A program made the position numbers and the translations under genes. Below the pieces are notes generated by a model. That model did not search any database, had not been told where the DNA came from, and was given only the letters and a program-made list of their open reading frames with translations. A stretch of DNA of 63,560 nt, counting the filler, from Reticulomyxa filosa (lineage: Eukaryota > Protista > Foraminifera): assembly GCA_000512085.1 (NCBI GenBank). It is 18 parts of 18 records of this genome, joined end to end, with 100 filler letters (N's around TTAATTAATTAA, not from the genome) between each part and the next. Parts side by side here need not be neighbours in the genome. Positions count along the whole stretch, not along the records: positions 12,567 to 14,249 come from ASPP01049672.1; positions 14,350 to 15,576 come from ASPP01012943.1; positions 15,677 to 16,930 come from ASPP01033819.1; positions 17,031 to 22,402 come from ASPP01029460.1; positions 22,503 to 29,202 come from ASPP01017256.1; 13 more parts are not named here. One strand, 5' to 3'. Shown piece by piece: positions 13,201-26,080 of this stretch (position 1 is its first letter; each line of letters begins with the position of its first letter).

Positions 13201-14150
13201 TACTTATTGTTGGTATGGCACACATTAGCATTGATACCAATTGACAAAAACATAAAAGAACTTGCCCAGTTTGTTGATTCAATTGATATACTTTTTAAGT
13301 ATTGCATCCAATTCGCAAAGTCAATTCATCTTTTACGCGACAGTTTTATCCAGTGGTCTTTCTTTTCTATTTTCCGCTTCCTATTATTTCGCTCACCGCG
13401 GAAGCTACTCCAATAGTGCAGGTTATTACCAAAAAAAAAAAAAAAAATAAATATGTATATATATTTTGTAATGCTTGTCTGTGCATTGGCAAAAAACGTA
13501 TACAAAACAATGTTTCATTGTTGTTTTGTGATATATATGTATATAAACGAAACTATCTACTATACTTTTAAAAGTCTATGAATTTTCATTTCGAATTCAA
13601 AGCTATGAACTTGAAGAATACATGGTGCACTCGCAATGGAAGATCCAAACGGCAGTCCAAGAAGTGTTTCATTTGAATACGGCCACCAGCGTAGTGATCG
13701 ATCAAAGTACAGCTTCTCGTGGCGAGGATAACATTGTAGTGCTGCGCGTGGAAGGTCGAATTTTGTCGGAGATGACGAAGAAAAAGGATCAATCGAGTGA
13801 CGGATTGGTGGAGACCAGACTGCGATTCTCAGTGATCAATTCGCTGCTGACCGTCGAAAAAGAAGAGACAAACAAGAACGAGCAAATGGCGCAAGTATTG
13901 TTATCCGCATTGCGTCACCAACTCGGTCTGGGGAGAAATCCGGACATGATCACGTGGAAAATCACTCACATCAATCCGCCCGAGAACTTGTACGACCGTC
14001 GCACTGAAGTCTTTCGTTGTTGTTCCAACGTCACCAAGCATATCATCCTGTGTTGCACGTGCAGCGCTCGTTGGTGTTGTGCCCGATGCATTCGTCAATG
14101 GAATAGCACACAAACGACTACTCATCGAACTGGAGAAGATAAGTCCGAAG
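12743..14150 (+). CDS. Multi-pass membrane protein, XK-related-like, partial and spliced
   Basis: Exon 12743-13149 splices to 13259. LDAWDFFSDIAF in the first helix and ITE|NLPSLLIQLIY resemble the DxxSD and ExxPQxxLQ motifs of XK-related proteins. Confidence 0.55.
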
Positions 14151-14439
14151 GTATATATGTATTTATGTATATATATATATATATAATATAATATATATAT
14201 ACATAAATACATATATATATATATATATTTATTGTTCTAATTTTTTTTTNNNNNNNNNNNNNNNNNNNNNNNNNNNNNNNNNNNNNNNNNNNNTTAATTA
14301 ATTAANNNNNNNNNNNNNNNNNNNNNNNNNNNNNNNNNNNNNNNNNNNNTTTTTTTTTTTTTTTTTTTTGTAAAGGGTAAAAAAAAGGGGGGGGGGGAGG
14401 GACACTAATCGAGTTTTGAATTTGATTTGTAAAAGTTCA

Positions 14440-14956
14440 TTTTTATTTTTTTTTGGATTGTGATATAAAACAAGATCTTCGACGTTGCAAATCGTTTCCA
14501 TTGCTTGACAGTGAAGATCGACAATGCATTAGTTTACAAAGTGATGTGGAAGCGTTGAGAATAACCACTCCTCGATCGCTTGTGTCGAATGAAAAGACGC
14601 ACGATGCAAATGTGTCGAACACCACAAAGTTGGACGAATTGGATTGCAATAGCCATCCCCTTAGTCACAACACTGTTGCAGTAGATCAGAAATGTGAAGA
14701 TGGAGTATATGCTCCTCCTAATATGTCCGATCTTGACAAACACAAATTACTGCTCTTCGACACTACCGATGTGCAAAGACTGGCCAGTAGCGAAACCACA
14801 ACTGTCAGCGTCAACAGTGGTGGCTCTTTTGTTGAAATTGCCGAGGACAAACACAACAATGAAGTGGACATGGATATTGCGTGTGACGACCGAATGTCTG
14901 AGTCATCGTCACATGTCAGTTCTAACGTCAGTTGGTGTGTCGTCGGAACAAAATGA
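14440..14956 (+). CDS. Hypothetical protein, terminal exon (Ser/Asp-rich)
   Basis: 167-aa ORF with coding-like composition, followed by a T-rich 3' UTR-like tract. Confidence 0.45.
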
Positions 14957-15334
14957 TTTTCAAAAAATTTATTTTTGCTTGGATAAATTATTGTTTTGCC
15001 TTGTTTGTTTTGATTGTAACTTTGCTATCGAAAATGTTTTTGATTTTTGTTTTCTTTTTTGTGATCAACCGAAGATATCTCCTCATCTGTGCCCCTTTTC
15101 TTCAAGAAACTCCAACTCCCGAATCAATAAAAATACTACTGTTACTTTCGGTTAGGTCACAGCTTTGATTTGCAGTCTTTATCTTATACTCGTTAATTTT
15201 TTGAAACTTTAAAAACAGAGCTATTATAAACCCCTTCTTTAAATAAAAAAATTTGGAATATTGCACGTTTCGGTGTCTCAAGTGCAATTGTGTTTATCCT
15301 CGATTATTCCCTTTTGAGTAACTTTCTAGAATAA

Positions 15335-15525
15335 ATGCGTGAGATTATATCAATAGAAGTCGGTCAGGGAGGCATTCAGCTCGGGAACATAACGTGGGAG
15401 CAATACTGTGCAGAGCACAGCATCAGTAATGCAGGCAAACGGCAGAAGGCAACAAAAGATGACACATTCAAAGTATTTTTTGAAGAAGCGAGTAATGGTC
15501 AATTTGTGCCAAGAAACATTGCAGT
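15335..15525 (+). CDS. Divergent alpha-tubulin, first exon (cut by contig edge)
   Basis: MREIISIEVGQGGIQLGNITWEQYCAEH...DDTFKVFFEE...GQFVPR aligns to the alpha-tubulin N-terminus. Confidence 0.85.
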
Positions 15526-15541
15526 TAATTCAAAAACAGTT

Positions 15542-15576
<35 letters not shown>

Positions 15577-16699
15577 NNNNNNNNNNNNNNNNNNNNNNNN
15601 NNNNNNNNNNNNNNNNNNNNTTAATTAATTAANNNNNNNNNNNNNNNNNNNNNNNNNNNNNNNNNNNNNNNNNNNNTCAAATTTTTTTCGTAATAACTGG
15701 GAATGCTTTTATTTGCCTTGAAAAAAGATGCATGAAGTAACATTTGCTTCAATGAACTTAAAAAGTTTGGAGAAATAGTCTTAGAACTGTATCGAAACAA
15801 ACAATAATGGAGATGATAAATAAAAAACTCTAAGCACTATTTTAAACTAGATAATTTTCAATAAATTATCTCATGATTGCGGAAAACAAATTTCTCTAAA
15901 TCCAAAAAGAAGTAAATAAGTGGATCATTTGCCCATTTTTTTTTCAATAGCAATTTTTGAAGCCAAACACAGGTATTGTATCGTCATCTAATAGATAGGT
16001 GTAATCTCAATCAAAAAAACGAATACAATAAAACAATTGAATATTATTAAATGTCATTAATAATTAAGTTAGGAATTTTTGTATTTAATTATAAAGGTGT
16101 AGTTGATTCGTTTTCGAGTTAGGGTCACAAAAAGGAAAATGAAAATACTTATAAGCGAGCTGTGATGTGAAAATAAAAAACATTTATAAAATAAAATTGT
16201 TGATCCACAATTAAAGAAAATTAACATCACTCATCCAATGTGATACTGAAATAAGTTAGTGAAAAAGGAAATCATTTTTTGTTAAGAAACACTTTTGTCC
16301 AATAATTTATATATCCATTATCTTGATTATCTCGGTGAAAGTTCAAGATTTTAAAGTATCTGACCAATCAAATCGAAAGAACAAGATATCTAGAATATCT
16401 CGAAAGATAAGGTCAAGTGAAATCGTTTCTCAAGAAAGAATAACTTCAAGTACGAATTTTTTTCAAATAAATTTTTTTAGTTAGGATTTTCTTTTTAGTG
16501 GTGTTATTGTAAAAGAGTTGTTTACCAATCGCTGTTTCAATAGTTTATTATTTTTTTTTTTGTCGTTGCTTTCTTTTAAGCAACTGGTGGAGCTTTTGTA
16601 ATAAATATTTCAGGTCAGTTAACAAATACTCGAATGGAATGTATTGATAGCAAAAGAAATGCAAAAACACTCACTAAACCAGAAAGCGGTTGGATAAAG

Positions 16700-16915
16700 A
16701 TGCCATGCTAGTCGCATGGAAAAAAGCAAACATTTTGTACGCAAACCCAACAGAGATCACAGTCATTGCAAAAATCATAGACAAATTGCATTATTATCTA
16801 CTGTTGGTAAATTAATGGAAAGGAAATTAATGTAGTTGTTGAATATCACATCAAACACAAGCAGGATTCCAATCATGGCATAATACATACGAATTGTTAC
16901 TTCGATTAATGAGAC
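16700..16915 (+). mobile_element. Degenerate non-LTR (LINE-type) reverse transcriptase fragment
   Basis: WKKANI..KPNRDHSHCKNHRQIALLSTVGKLMERK...QAGFQSWHNTYELLLRL matches the WKxAxI-PKP-NYRPISLL-GK-ER and QxGFR..ST motifs. Indels are present. Confidence 0.8.
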
Positions 16916-17203
16916 AATATATAATTCATTNNNNNNNNNNNNNNNNNNNNNNNNNNNNNNNNNNNNNNNNNNNNTTAATTAATTAANNNNNNNNNNNNNN
17001 NNNNNNNNNNNNNNNNNNNNNNNNNNNNNNATATTTCAATAAAATATTTAATTGGAAGGAAGATTTTAGTATAGTGTCAAAAGTAGATATTTTAAATTGT
17101 ATGTCACAAAATCAATTGGTGAAGTGGGATACTTATTAATTGAAAAATACATTCTCTCTTTGTTTTTTAAGCCAAAATTCAAAAAACTTCATTTCGTATG
17201 TAT

Positions 17204-18589
17204 TCATCCCCAAATACGAATTGAACCTTTGTCTGAGCCATAACATAAACCAATATCACAATCATTCAATTTTTGTTCATTATTCTTTCTTTTTATCTTC
17301 AGTGGTATCAATTTAAAATAATATATTCCTTTATCTTCCTCATTTCCTTTAATTATGTGTAATTCCCTGTCATTTGATCGAATATCCCAAAAACGAATTG
17401 TGTTATCATTTGATCCAGAACATATCACATTTGAACCAATGGCTTTACTATTATTCTTTATTACAAATGGTGAATATTCAACAGCATATATAGTATTTTT
17501 ATGTCCATTAAACGCTTGAATTTGTTTACCAGATCGAATATCCCACAAACGGACACTTTTGATCATATGATCCAGATAATATTGTATTTGCACCACCAAT
17601 CATTCCTAATTCATTTGATCCATATTTTACACTCCTAATTAAATTGTCATGTCCATTGAACATAATCAATTGTTTTGTTGTTTCGATATCCCATAAACGA
17701 ATAGTTTTATCATCTGATCCAGAACAAATTGTATATCCATTTCCACCAATCACACCAGTATTATTACCATTATTATTATTGCTTTGCAATGGTGAAAAAG
17801 CCACACACCAAACACCATATTTATGTCCATTGAAAACTTGTAATGAATTTAGTGTATCAACATCCCATAAACGTATCGTTTTGTCATATGATCCAGAACA
17901 CAAATATCTACCACCATTAAATGGTGAAAATTCAATACCATAAACAGCATCCTTGCATTGATTGAATATTTGTAATTGTTGATTATGTTTAATATCCCAA
18001 AAACGAATTGTTTTGTCAAATGATGAAGAACAAAATAACATTACGATGACTATTATAGTAATGATATGGTGAAAATTTCACACAATATACAGGACTTAAA
18101 TGTCCATTGAATGATTGAATTTGTTTGTTTTTGTCAACATCCCATACACGAACTGTTTTATCATTTGATCCAGAACAAATCAATTGATCATTATCGAATG
18201 TGATATAATCAATACTCCATACAGTATTAATATGTCCAGTGAATGTTTTAACTAATTTGGATAATGAACAAAATGTTTCGAGCAGTATGAAAGCGCTTGT
18301 CTGTGTTAAATAGTGATTATGAATAATATCAAATAAATATTTATCATTGAATAAAAAACAACAAAGAACATAACATAATTGACAATGAGTCTGTCAAAAT
18401 CATTGATCCATCCTAATTTGATACTTGACATTCGAATCCAATATTGAAGAATCATTTGGATTTCTTCTTTTTCTAACTGATTTAACCACAAACCACACTT
18501 AATAAATATAATTAATCAAAGGCGGATTGAATGAGACTTACCAATGCTGGCTTTGATAAAGGTTGTTTTTCATTGCTATGAGTGGCCAT
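17204..18589 (-). pseudogene. WD40-repeat gene (3 exons) with two +1 frameshifts (about 18033 and 17563); pseudogene or sequencing error
   Basis: Same exon structure as the 19013-20381 paralogue. The frame shifts at NVI/LFCSSS and at SYDQK/SVRLWD. Confidence 0.8.
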
Positions 18590-19012
18590 TCTTTCAATTT
18601 TTTGTTGATATTTCTTTGATGATCGAACTTTTTTCTCTCAAAACCAATGAAGGGGTTGGGTTATTGAATCATCTCTAATGAAAGAAAAACTGGATAATTG
18701 ATTGTTCACGAAAGCAATAAAGTAGGGTAATTAATTAAGTCCATTGAATGATTTAAAAAAGATTTACACTTTGTTAAAAAATGATGTCATAATACGTTAG
18801 TTTTATATTTGGACATAACAATATTTTTCATTCATCCACTTAACAATAACATATCAGCTATTTGATCAAATAACTATAACTAAAATTCAGCAAATAACTT
18901 TGACATGATCCTTCTGTCCAAGTACTGGTTCTTGTATTGCCAAAGTTTTTTTGAAAACTCTTTCGACATTAAAATTAAAAAAGAAAGACGTTCAAATAAA
19001 ACTGCTGAAAGG

Positions 19013-20381
19013 ATGATCAGTGTTAGTAATGAAAAACAAGCTTCAATGCAATTCTCATTGGTGAGCTTTCTTTTATTCTTTCAGAAAGCACGTGGCCTTT
19101 AAAGTTTTACTGTATTATTGTCTATTATTTGTGATTGGATCAGTCAGAAGAAGAAATTCAATTAATTATCCGGTATTGGATTCGAACTTCAAAAATTAAA
19201 TTAGGATGGATTAATGACTTCAATAAACTTGTTGTCAATTATGTTATGTTTTTTTTTTTTTAAGTCAATTAACATTAAAGTTTCCAAATGTTTATTGAAC
19301 ATAGACAACTGCAGTCTTCATTCTTGACACATTTTGTTTAACATCCAAATTACTCAAAACGTTCACTGGACACGCTAATTGTGTATACAGTATTGATCAT
19401 TCAACATTTGCCGAAGATCAATTAATGTGTTCTGGATCAGATGATAGAACAGTTCGTGTATGGAATGTAGAGACTACCAAACAAATTCAATCATTCAATG
19501 GACATTTAAGTCATATATATTGTGTGAGATTTTCACCATATCATTATCATCATTATCACTATAATATTATTTGTTCTTCATCATATGACAAAACCATTCG
19601 TTTTTGGGACATTAAACATAATCGACAATTACAAATATTCAATGGACATACAAATGCAGTTTTTGGTATTGAGGTATCACCATTTAATGGTGGTAAATAT
19701 TTGTGTTCTGGATCTGATGACAGTACTATTCGTTTATGGGATATTAAGACATCAAAATTATTACATATTTTTGATAGACATAGAGCTGGTGTTTGGTGCG
19801 TAGCTTTTTCACCATTGCAGAGTAATAACAATAAAAGTAATAAAAGTAATTGTATTGGTGGAAATGGATATACAATTTGTTCTGGATCATGGGATAAAAC
19901 AATTCGAATATGTGATATTGAAACAACTAAACAATTGATTGTATTTAAAGGACATGAACGCTTAATTAATAGTGTAAAATATGGATCAGATAGATTAGGA
20001 AATACAATATTATCTGGATCAAATGATAAAAGTGTTCGTTTGTGGGATATTCGATCTAATCAACAAATTCAAGTATTCAATGTACATACAAATGGTGTAA
20101 CATGTGTTGAGTATTCACCATTTGTAGTAAATAATATTGAAGTTGGTGATTATTCAAGTGTGATATGTTCTGGATCATTTGATAATACAATTCGTTTTTG
20201 GGATATTCGATCAAATAAGAAAGAATTATATGTGATCAAAGGAGATAAGGGAGAAGACAGTGGAATATTAGATCTTAAATTTTTTAATTTGAAAAAGAAA
20301 GAAAAAAGAAATACTGACTATAGTTTTGATATTAATTTGTACTATAGTTCAGAAAGGGGTCTTATTCGTGTTTGGGGATAA
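19013..20381 (+). CDS. WD40-repeat protein, intact: join(19013-19060, 19144-19242, 19305-20381)
   Basis: Two GT-AG introns give a continuous frame. About 7 GH...WD repeats, ending IRVWG*. Confidence 0.9.
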
Positions 20382-20478
20382 TATTGTTTTTTCAATAATA
20401 AGAAAATTTTTTTTTAATTAAAGAACGAAGTTAACTTTCATTATTTATTTTTTTTTCAAATTTGAAAATTTATTTATG

Positions 20479-21830
20479 TCATTTTAAACAATCTTCCCCT
20501 GGAGGAACAGATTGAAAAAATAATAATAAGTCTTCTTGATTTAAACACCACACTACTGGATTGTATTTATCTTGTTCTAAACGAATTGCAATCTTCCATT
20601 TTTTAAATTCATTTTCAATACTTTTTTTCTTTGGAGATTCATTAACATCACCTTTTTTCATTATTTTTGAATATCGAGCATTTCCACAAAATATTTTAAT
20701 TAAGCCATTTTTGAATTTGCATTTCAATTCATCTCTTTTAAATGTCATCAAATAACGCAAAAAAAAAAACTTGTTGTAATTGTTGACATTAAACTGAAGT
20801 CCAATAATATTTGTTGTTTTGTTGAATATATCAGTTGTCCAATAATCAAAAGAATGAATAAGATTTGGTTCTTGATATAATATTCTTTCAGCATCTTTCA
20901 CTACATTCATCCAATTTTTTTTTATTCAATAACAAATATGAACGTACCAAACGCTCTATATCTCTATCACAAATAGAAATTGAATTTTTACTTACATTAG
21001 GATATAATTCATTACAAAAAAACATTTATAAATTGTCGATGATGAAATAATAATTTATCAAATTCATTTTCATTCAATATTTCCATCATTTTCAAATGTC
21101 CAACTCCTTTTAATTCAATCAATCTTTTATAGTTACCATTGATATTATTTTTCAATGATAATTTTGGAATTTTATTTTGACAAAAATCAAACATTTCTTC
21201 TATTTTATTATCTTTTAATAATCCTGACATAACGGTTGTACATGTTATATCATCTATTGGAATGAAATGTTCAGTTTGTTGTGAATAATTCAATAAATCT
21301 ATCATTTTTTTTTTTAAGGCTTGACACTTGGAATATACGTTTAACATGCAATTAATCGATATTAAGTCAATTTTAATCTCAGGGTCATTACGCATTGTAT
21401 TCCAAATTAATTCAGCACTTTCCATATCACATGCATTTGCACATACTGATAACATTGTATTGCATGTTAATACATTTGGCCTGATATTATACTGTTAAAT
21501 CAACAATTCAAAATAATATAATGCTTGTTTAACATCTCCTCTCTTTGAACATCCTTTAATCATTTCATTGAGTGAAATTTCATCAGGATCAAGATGTGCA
21601 GTATTTGGTGCAAATTGTTTGCAAATAAACCATTGCTCAAATAATTTTTTCTGAAGATCCAATTTATTCCAAAAACCCAAATAATGTAAAACAGTATTGC
21701 AGAAAATAATACTCAATGAAATATTTTTCTGATGAATTAATTTTATGATTTGATGAAATGCATTTGGTTGTTTTAATTCAGAACATTTTTTGATTGCAAC
21801 AGCATAAATACTCGTATCTTGAGAAGGCGT
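20479..21830 (-). pseudogene. PPR protein with C-terminal SMR-like domain, interrupted
   Basis: PPR motifs (PDEISLNEMIKGCSKRGDVKQALYYF, PNVLTCNTMLSVCANACDMESAELIW, IDDITCTTVMSGLLKDNKIEE) with an in-frame stop at 21495 and later frame breaks. C-terminus has FFLRYLM...IKIFCGNARYSK...DKYNPVVWCL. Confidence 0.75.
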
Positions 21831-23354
21831 TTTTTTTTAAGGAACTGAACATTTGTAAAGGACCGCTTTGTGCAGCTTGGCCATGAGTTCTTTATAAACA
21901 TAAAATAAAGTAGCAAATATGTGTCAAATTAAAAAAGCAAATTGTAATCCCTTATGATATATACATATATGTATATAATTGTATTTAATATTTTAATTCG
22001 CCTCAAGCAAACTTTGTGACTTTTGAATGACACAATTGACAGTTGTAATAAACCCGTCAATAGATATTTGACACGTTACATTGTCACAATGTCCGACAAA
22101 GTGTTTTCTGTTAGCTACAGTTTTCTACCTGGCGTTGTAGCGTTTGTCTGCAAGTCGTCTCTTCTTAGTTCAGAAGGGGGGGGGAGGGCGCAGTTGAACT
22201 ATTTTTGTTGCAGAAAAATGGCCGGCAATTCTGATATCAATACATCATTAATTCTGTCTGAAGAAAGAAAAGATTGGGATGAGTCTGCTTCTTGCAAGAG
22301 TGTGAATAGTGGCACGAGTATGAAAACGTGAGGTCAATTTGGCACGTAGACTAAAAAAAAAAAAAAAAAAAAGGATGAAACGAAACAATTAACAAATAAA
22401 ACNNNNNNNNNNNNNNNNNNNNNNNNNNNNNNNNNNNNNNNNNNNNTTAATTAATTAANNNNNNNNNNNNNNNNNNNNNNNNNNNNNNNNNNNNNNNNNN
22501 NNGGAGCTGCAAACATGCAAATTTTGCAAAACCTTGAAAGCAAAGAATCGTGATGAAATTAGAGAACGTGAGAACAAGACAAAACATTTGTCCAAAAAAG
22601 TCAAAAAATTAAAAATTGAAAATGAGAAAGCTCAACTAAATATCGACATTACTGAGGTTTTTTTTTATTGATTGATATATACATATTTAAATACATATGC
22701 ATATTATTGCTTGTTATCATTAGTCAAAAATGTCAAGAATGAGAGAGATATTGGATCAACCGGTGCTTGTGTCCTCTGTAAAGTTTTAAAACAATTAAAA
22801 TGTGTTGGCTTGTTTTTATTTATTGGTTTATATACATATATGCATATTATAATAAGTATATGTGTATATGAAATACAGTGAAAGTGAAAGCGAGACACAA
22901 AGCACAAGCCACGATCTAAACGAAAGTGGCCATGTCAAAAATGAAAGTGAATCTGGTTTGAATACAGCTAAAAGACCCAACATTAAAAAATAAATAAAAC
23001 ACTACAATGACCTTGCAAGAAAACATTGTTCTTTTTGAATGGGCTTAGCACTTGTTGACGATGCCTTATGTTGCACGTCTTCCCCTTCCTCTTCTCCAAT
23101 GGCCCTTTTGTCTTTGTCCATCGCTTGTTACAAGAAGATGCGAGTGATGTGTGGTGATCGATAAACGTTTTTCAATGCTATATTGTTTACAAAAACGAAT
23201 AAATAGTTAAAAACTAATTCCAATAAGCCTGTATAATTCATTCAATGAATAAACCGTTCTTTCATTTGCTATCTTCTTCTCCATTAAAACAACAGCCCAT
23301 CCTGCCACGACAAAAAAAAAGGGACCTTCATAATTCAATTAACAATAATAATAG

Positions 23355-25610
23355 ATGGGGTGCTTTGGATCTCGTCCAGCAGATAACACCGAATCTAACA
23401 CAAGCGATAAATCAGCGGAAGTAAATGAGAAATATGTTTTTATAAGAACGTTAGGAAAAGGCGCGTCGTGCCGAGTGATGGAAGCGTCAGACAAAACGGA
23501 TGGCTCAGTATACGCAGTGAAAATAATGTCCAAATCGAGATCAGTCTGCAAATCTTTGTACGAGCATGAAATAAGCATTTTATCCAAATTAAAACATCCA
23601 AACATTGTGTCGTTGAGTCCTTTGTATTTCGTTTGTTTTACGTGAGAAGAGCAGAGGGGGGGAGAGGGATCATATACGTGTAAATACACAATTGGGTATG
23701 ATTGTATGTTGTATATCAGTTTGCATGAGAATTTTGAAGATGAAGAAAATTTTTATGTTGTCACCAACATGTGTGGAGGTGGTGAACTTTTCGGTTAAGA
23801 AAAAAAAGAAATTTCCTTTTTAAACATGTAGCTGTGTCCCCTTTTTGAATATTGATTCTTTTAAAAAAAAAAAACGGCACTGAGAGTCCGATTTTTCGAA
23901 TCCAATTCAAATGGAGGAAGAAGAGGGAGAACGATGAAAACAACAACAACAACAAAACAGACAGAATTGTGGACCCGAATTTTCAAATCACTGAGAAAAT
24001 CGCATCTAAATTGGTCCGTGACATGTTGAAGGCATTGCAATATTGTCATGGAAAAATATTGTACATAGAGATTTGAAGCCAGGTTTGTGTTTCCATTTGT
24101 ATGTACATATACATATATATTATTATTATTATATATGTATATATTTATATATACATGCATTTACCAAAAAAAAAAAAATAAATAAAGAAAAATGTATCCT
24201 TAACCATTGTGACATGAAATATCTTTTCACTTTTGTTTGGAACAAAACAGAAAACTTTGTGTTCGAAGGGAAAGAAGCAGATTCAAATATAGTGTTGATC
24301 GACTTTGGCTGTGCGAAGGAAATCCAAGATGACGAAGTGTATGACGACTTGGTCGGCACGGTGTATTACTTGGCACCGGAGCTAGCATCTCAAAAGAAAG
24401 ATGTGCCGACAACTGGCTTGGTGTTGAAATTCGCTGACGTGTGGAGTGTCGGAGTCATCACTTACGTCATGCTTACCGGTCGTCCACCTTTTGGAGGCAA
24501 ATCCAATCGTGAAATATTCCAAAGAATTGTCAAGTATATGTGCTTTTATTGTTGTTTGTTTGTTTGTTTACTAATGACCTTTCTTTGCTCTTCTTCTCCT
24601 CTCATATGAACAGAGGGGGACACTAGTAAGAGTCAAATTTGCCGTGAGACTATAAACTTAACTTTGCAAATCTGTTTTGTTTTGCTTTTTGTAGTGACCC
24701 GTTGCTGTTCCCAGATGATGTGAAATTGTCTGATGCCTTCAAAGACTTTGTCAGACAAACACTAGTGAAAGATCCAAGCAAACGTATCACCTTAGAGGCA
24801 GCCTTGCAACATCCATGGGTGTTAGGTAAAGATGCGTCCGAAACAGAATTGCAAAAAGACGTCATTCGCTATTTGCGACAATTCAATTATCAATCCAAAC
24901 TCAAGAAAGCTATTACAAGGTTTGTTTTTTTTTTTTTTTGCTATGTATATGTATACATTCGAAGTTGTTCCCACTGCAAAAAGGCCACGACATGCCACGG
25001 ATACAAGTAAAAGTTGTGTTGTGGGTTGGAATAATAGGTGCTTGGCTGCGAATATGAGCAAGGAACCAGAGCAAGAAGTAAAGCGTCATTTCAATCGATT
25101 GGATAAGGATGGCGACGGGTTCTTGGAGCTGAATGAACTAGAACAGTTTTTATTTGATTTGGGATATGCACCCAGCATTGCCAAAGAAGAGGCGAAAAAA
25201 ATGCTCGCAAATGCTGATTTAAACAAAGACGGCACCATTGATTTCAATGAATTTAAGGCTGTATGGCAACGTAAATTATTGACGCAACACGAAGAGTACA
25301 TTCATCGTGTCTTCGCTGTTTTTGATGATAATGGAGATGGGTATATTGATGCCTCGGAATTGCAAGGAGTCCTTGGAGATGACTTTAAAAGCATTCTTGA
25401 AATGATTAGTGAAGTGGACGAAAATCACGACAACAAGATTAGGTACTGTCTTTTAGTTTGCTTGTTTGTTCGCTTATGCTCGACTATATTTTTGCTTTAT
25501 GGCGGTGTTATAGCTTTGAAGAGTTCAAAAAGGCCATGAAAGAAGACGTTTCAAAATTGGAAGATGGACTTGCTGGTGCTGGCAAGATCCGAGAACAAGA
25601 TTTGGCATAA
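23355..25610 (+). CDS. Calcium-dependent protein kinase (CDPK): exons 23355-23611, 23720-23793, 23961-24082, 24251-24533, 24695-24919, 25038-25442, 25514-25610
   Basis: MGCFGS N-terminus; GKGASCRV, AVK, GGELFD, HRDLKPEN, DFG, APE; junction LRQFNYQSKLKKA; four EF-hands (DKDGDG, DLNKDG, DDNGDG, DENHDN). One A is missing from the run at 24052-24056. Confidence 0.92.
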
Positions 25611-26080
25611 CAACACAGCAAATAATTGAAAAGATAGGGGAGGGAGAAAACGGGAAGGGGCAATGAGGGTCTTGGCAGGGGAAAAAAGGAACAACAAAAG
25701 AGCAAGAAAAATAAGCTGTGCCATTTGTTTCCATTCACTCCTGTTTCTGAGAAACATTGGCTTTTTAAGCATTGTAATATAATGTGATATGGAAACCTTT
25801 CGATTTTTTGTTTGTTTCTCACTAGGGTAGAATGGCACTTTTTGATCAGGAAATTGCTGTGACTTCCGAGCCGTGGTTTTTTCCTAAAAAAAAAGAATTA
25901 CAAAAAATCAATCCTGCTGACTGTTTTTGTGAGTGTGAACATTTTGAAGACGCTAAGAACTGTTCACCTTTGAAAAATTTGAAATGCGCAAGAAAAAATT
26001 GAGATCAAATCAAAAATAAATAAAAAGGTGGAGATGAACTATTGAGTCTCTTAATATGGAAATTCGATTCCTACTCATAT

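Noticed and set aside
21495-21497. In-frame stops as evidence of a reassigned genetic code
   Set aside because: Intact genes end normally at TAA or TGA, and the long NACHT exon has no internal stops. In-frame stops occur only alongside other decay.
24052-24056. Programmed frameshifting in the CDPK, iolC or WD40 genes
   Set aside because: Single-base indels in homopolymer runs occur even in the bacterial contig, which fits pyrosequencing-type error.
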